Of a stretch of DNA of 64,000 nt, positions 60,317-64,000 are shown piece by piece (position 1 is the first letter of the stretch; each line of letters starts with the position of its first letter). The stretch is from Patescibacteria group bacterium (GTDB lineage: Bacteria; Patescibacteriota; Saccharimonadia; CAILAD01; JADZBC01), in the NCBI GenBank assembly GCA_052034495.1, contig JBPOIL010000012.1:13644-77643 (forward strand), in the 5' to 3' direction. Below the pieces are notes generated by a model, which ran no database searches, was not told the origin of the DNA, and worked only from the letters and a program-made list of their open reading frames with translations. The translations under genes and the position numbers were made by a program.

Positions 60317-61168
60317 ATGCGCGTAATTGCAAAGATTATTATTATCCTAACATCCCTGGCTCTTGTGTGCTTGGTTGGTGCGCACGTAATCACCAGTAGC
60401 GTTACGAACGAGGACTTGCTAAGCAAGCAGTTTGAGTCAGCAGGGGTGTACAGCCTGGGGGCAGAGTCCTTGCAGGAATCATTCCAGGAAAGCCTTAAGG
60501 CGGCTAACGTTTCTGACCCTGTTGTAGGCGAGATACTCGCAAAGAGTGTGACTGCAGAGGCAGTGGCGAGTGCTGCCAAACCTGTAATCGGTGAATTTAC
60601 CGACTGGATAGTCGCCAAGGGCGGGGAGGAGCTAAAACTAGCCTTGGATTTGACGAGTATTAAAAGCCAGATAGTACGGGAATCAAAACTCCGGGGAAGT
60701 ATCGAGACGAGCTTTGTGGTGACACGCGAAGTACCTGATAGTTTGAGTTTACTAGAGACGTCTAAAGCCGGCTCAAATTACGAAGGGCTACAGCAGGCGT
60801 ACCAGCGAGCCAATGCATTAGTTCTACCTTTGCTCGTAGGCGTGTTGGCAGGGATGGGTCTGCTCGTGCTGTTGGCGTTGCGCTTGCCCCACAAGCGCTT
60901 GGCCTGGCCAGGGTGGGTGTTGATTGCTGCCGCAGTTGTGGGCATCGTTCTGGTATATGCCACCCCCACACTCCTCGCCGCAACGATACTGAAAGAAGGA
61001 GCGGTGAACGCGGAGATTAATCGGATTAGCTTAGGACTGATCCGGGCGACACTGGATGCTTCACGGCTGTATTGGTATGTTCTTGCAGCTGCAGGAGCTG
61101 GCTTATTTGCGCTATCAATACCGCTGCAGCATCGCTACAATAAGCGACAGAAGAAAGGGCGGCACTAA
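60317..61168 (+). CDS. hypothetical membrane protein (N-terminal TM, extracellular region, C-terminal TM bundle)
   Basis: Hydrophobicity pattern only; stop overlaps the downstream kinase start (TAATG). Confidence 0.45.
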   Translation: MRVIAKIIIILTSLALVCLVGAHVITSSVTNEDLLSKQFESAGVYSLGAESLQESFQESLKAANVSDPVVGEILAKSVTAEAVASAAKPVIGEFTDWIVAKGGEELKLALDLTSIKSQIVRESKLRGSIETSFVVTREVPDSLSLLETSKAGSNYEGLQQAYQRANALVLPLLVGVLAGMGLLVLLALRLPHKRLAWPGWVLIAAAVVGIVLVYATPTLLAATILKEGAVNAEINRISLGLIRATLDASRLYWYVLAAAGAGLFALSIPLQHRYNKRQKKGRH

Positions 61169-62769
61169 TGTCTTTTGATAGCTCCCAATACCTAAGAAAA
61201 CTATACGACGGAACCTCGAGTAGGCTACGCTGGCAGATTATTGCATTGGTTGCAGCAACGTATTTGTTTGTTGGGAAAAACATTGGAGCTGTTACTGCAA
61301 TACTAATCGTCGCATCGGCCTATAACGCTTTTACATATACCGCGTGGGCGGCGCGGCACGACGTCATAGGGACTAAATGGTTCGATATCACCACCAACTT
61401 CACCCTGATTGCCTTACTCGTTCTATGTACGGGAGGTCTTGCAAGCCCGTATGGGCCGCTTGTGCTCGTTATTATCCTGGTTGCTAGCTATTGGTATGGT
61501 TATACGGGCCTGGGCTATGTCATGGCTCTATTGCTCGCTTATTGGGCTCTTATGCTCTTTCAGAACCCTATCTACGACTTATCACATGCAATCTTTGGTG
61601 TGTTCTCGATTATCTTAGGGGATTATACTGTTCGATTGGGCAAACTTACTCGTAGCGAGCAGGAGAGGATCGATCGTGACACCAACGCGTTAATGCAGCA
61701 GCGCAAGAGGCTCTTTAGTCTCGTAAACGGCCTCTCGCAGGCAATCTTTGTTGTCGACAAGGATGGAAAGATCATTGTGTATAACGGTGCGGCCTTGGAG
61801 CTTCTAGACACTCACTACGAGATTGAACGCCTACCTGCGGTAGAGGTCGTACACTTATGTGATGAGGCTGGCTCGCAGGTTTTCCCAATTCAGCATTCTC
61901 TTTCTTCTGGAGAAATGTTCGCGAGCAGCGACTTGAAGCTAAAGGTTAACGAGACCACAACGCTCGATGTGTATACAAGCATTACCCCTATGGTTGAGGA
62001 GGGCGAAAGAGTTGGCGCGCTATTACTCCTAAGGGATATTAGTGAGCAAAAAACGCTCGATAGCCAGAAGGATGAGTTTATTTCTATCATATCTCATGAG
62101 TTACGAACTCCAGTAGCGATCGTGGAAGCCGACTTGTCTACGCTCATGTTGCCTAAGTTCGCCCAACTACCGGAGCATGCCAGCAAACTCCTTAATAATG
62201 CCTATCAGAACCTTACTTTCTTAGCGAGTTTATTAAAGGATCTATCAAATCTGGCTAGTTCCGAGCGCAGTCTGCTCGAAACAGAGTTGGCTCCATTGGA
62301 CCCTGTATCGTTTTGCCACGCGATGATCGACGGCATCCGGCCAAAAGCAGAGGAGCAGGGCTTGAAGCTCAAGTTTACTCATTCCACTGGACTCAAGAAG
62401 GTCACCACAAGCCCCCAGCGCGTAGAGGAAATACTAATGAACTTCATGACGAATGCCTTGAAATACAGCAGCCGCAAGAACTCCATCGTAGAGCTTCGTA
62501 TATCTCCATCCAAGATGTATCAGGGGGGTGTCTGCTTTAGCGTAAGCGACTCTGGCATAGGTATGAAGAAGAAGGATCAGGCCCAACTATTCACTAAGTT
62601 CTTCCGCTCCGAGAACCCTCAGGCACAGGCGGTCAAGGGAACCGGCATGGGGCTGTATATATCTAAAAAGCAGGCTGATAAGATCGGCGCAACAATCAGT
62701 TTGGAAAGTACATTCGGAAAGGGTAGTGTCTTTTCACTAGACGTCCCCCGTGACGTCAAGAAGGCTTAG
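61168..62769 (+). CDS. sensor histidine kinase (multi-TM N-terminus, PAS-like, HisKA, HATPase_c)
   Basis: H-box ISHELRTPVAIVEADLSTL; G-boxes GTGMGLYISKK and GKGSVFSLDVP. Confidence 0.8.
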   Translation: MSFDSSQYLRKLYDGTSSRLRWQIIALVAATYLFVGKNIGAVTAILIVASAYNAFTYTAWAARHDVIGTKWFDITTNFTLIALLVLCTGGLASPYGPLVLVIILVASYWYGYTGLGYVMALLLAYWALMLFQNPIYDLSHAIFGVFSIILGDYTVRLGKLTRSEQERIDRDTNALMQQRKRLFSLVNGLSQAIFVVDKDGKIIVYNGAALELLDTHYEIERLPAVEVVHLCDEAGSQVFPIQHSLSSGEMFASSDLKLKVNETTTLDVYTSITPMVEEGERVGALLLLRDISEQKTLDSQKDEFISIISHELRTPVAIVEADLSTLMLPKFAQLPEHASKLLNNAYQNLTFLASLLKDLSNLASSERSLLETELAPLDPVSFCHAMIDGIRPKAEEQGLKLKFTHSTGLKKVTTSPQRVEEILMNFMTNALKYSSRKNSIVELRISPSKMYQGGVCFSVSDSGIGMKKKDQAQLFTKFFRSENPQAQAVKGTGMGLYISKKQADKIGATISLESTFGKGSVFSLDVPRDVKKA

Positions 62770-63944
62770 CGTAGTTCGGTACGCTTCTGCCAACGTGGGC
62801 GGAATAATTCATAGCTAAGCATTGAGAATGCTAGCGCCGTTAGGCTGATGAGGCTTGTTGCGGGGTAGAACAGTGCCCCCAAGAAGCCTTGTTTGCTGGT
62901 GGAGGATATCATGATCCTCGGAGCTAAGCCCGCGCAGTACGCTGCCGCCCAGAGCGTGATTGACTGAGGACTATAGATTGCCGAAGCAAGAAGTCCGACC
63001 CCTGGAGTTACAAAAAGGAAAGCCCCAAGTGTGATAGCGCTGACGGTCAGAGGCATGTTGAATTGTAGGGCGGGATAGTAACGCTGGACATTGTCATGGG
63101 TAATGGTTTCAAAAGTAGCATGGTTTTGAGACGTTGCGACGTCACCCGCTAGGTAGAAGCTGGTTTTAAGCCCTGCTAGGCTGGCTTGACGCGCTAGCTC
63201 CATTTCGGCGATTGGGCTCTTGCGAGAGGACTTGAAGCCTCCAATTTTGTGTAGGGCTGATCGATTCATCCCAATCAGGCCGCTGTAGGCCAAGTTGATG
63301 CTCGGGTGTTTCTTTTCAACCCATCCCGCCGGATAGCAACCTAGGAGCAAGAAGTGGTTTTGGTTGAGAACAAGTTTTTGTGCTAGGGTTTTGTTCTGGT
63401 CTGCAGGCAAGAGCGAGACGAGTTGTAGGCTTTGCTTCTCCATTAGGCTAACGATTGTCGCGAGGGCATTGGGCATTAGGATGGTATCAGCAGACAGCAG
63501 AACTACTACCTCGCCTTCGGCATGGGTTAGTAGCTGTTCGGCAGCCCAAGCACTGGCTTCCCAACCCGACTCTGGCTCACTAATGTCGAGTATCCTTAGT
63601 CTTTCGTCCTGAAAACCTTGCGCTAGTTTGAGCGTGTTGTCATCAGAACCTAGGTCGGTAAACAGTACCTCTATGTCAGGATAGCTTTGTCCAAGGACGG
63701 CAAGTAGGGTCGAGTTAATGTTTGAACCCTGGTTGAGGGCATGTATTAATACACTAACCTTAGGTGGCTCGCTTATGACAGAGTTTGTTTTTGGTCTTCG
63801 TAGGGAGAGGGCGTTGTAGGTGCCGAGTAGTAGTTGAAGCAGCCCAAGCCCAATGAGGCTGTAGGCAATAATGTTGAAGCGCGCTGTACCCAGATTGAAT
63901 GGATCCGCGGTGAAAAGAATGATTTGAGTTAGCCAGAAGCCCAC
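62766..63944 (-). CDS. family-2 glycosyltransferase with C-terminal membrane domain
   Basis: VSVLIHALNQG and SDDNT (DxD-type) GT-A motifs; C-terminal TM helices. Confidence 0.6.
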   Translation of the reverse strand: MGFWLTQIILFTADPFNLGTARFNIIAYSLIGLGLLQLLLGTYNALSLRRPKTNSVISEPPKVSVLIHALNQGSNINSTLLAVLGQSYPDIEVLFTDLGSDDNTLKLAQGFQDERLRILDISEPESGWEASAWAAEQLLTHAEGEVVVLLSADTILMPNALATIVSLMEKQSLQLVSLLPADQNKTLAQKLVLNQNHFLLLGCYPAGWVEKKHPSINLAYSGLIGMNRSALHKIGGFKSSRKSPIAEMELARQASLAGLKTSFYLAGDVATSQNHATFETITHDNVQRYYPALQFNMPLTVSAITLGAFLFVTPGVGLLASAIYSPQSITLWAAAYCAGLAPRIMISSTSKQGFLGALFYPATSLISLTALAFSMLSYELFRPRWQKRTELR

Positions 63945-64000
63945 GAGCCAATTAAGCCAGAGGAAGTTTTTCCAGCCCCTGCGGTATACATGTGCTTTGG

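Overview
This window looks like core housekeeping DNA from a small-genome bacterium, interrupted by several distinctly GC-rich islands and one permuted phosphotransferase module.

**Genes, left to right**
- dnaE C-terminal part, then rplS, rnhB, yraN and nusA.
- clpC, a HAD-type deoxyribonucleotidase, radA and yacL, with a convergent class-A PBP on the minus strand.
- tyrS, recG, a Zn-hydrolase-like gene and rsmD.
- tRNA-Leu, then tig, clpP and an MFS transporter.
- rpoB and rpoC, then the str operon (rpsL-rpsG ... fusA-tuf-rpsJ).
- After a 2.5 kb insert, the S10/spc/alpha ribosomal operons from rplC to rpsI.
- rluD, holB and a TPR protein.
- Four more tRNAs (Thr/Tyr/Thr/Trp), pspC and rpmG.
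- A His-phosphatase operon with a split, permuted PEP-utilizing dikinase, then a membrane protein, a sensor kinase and a GT2 glycosyltransferase.

**Overall character**
- Gene content and order suggest a reduced genome, possibly CPR/Saccharibacteria-like. This is inference from the features below, not a database match.
- L30, adk and map are absent from the spc region; secE-nusG do not follow rpmG-tRNATrp; rplKAJL are not upstream of rpoB; clpX does not follow clpP.
- Genes are packed tightly with frequent overlaps, and UGA is used as a stop codon.

**Most notable observations**
1. A high-GC thymidine kinase island lies on the opposite strand, wedged between rpsG and fusA.
2. A high-GC small gene with its own promoter and terminator sits next to tRNA-Leu, beside a partial duplicate of the tRNA 5' half.
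3. A 2.5 kb insertion splits rpsJ from rplC. It carries about 550 nt of highly structured, partly very GC-rich RNA-like sequence with a promoter and terminator, plus small unknown and membrane ORFs.
4. An RPH/PEP-synthase-like phosphotransferase is fissioned into two translationally coupled genes in swapped domain order, co-located with a histidine phosphatase.
5. Two further GC-rich, structured, non-coding islands sit between dnaE and rplS and between fusA and tuf.

All coordinates come from the ORF track or from manual indexing anchored on it. No homology searches were run.
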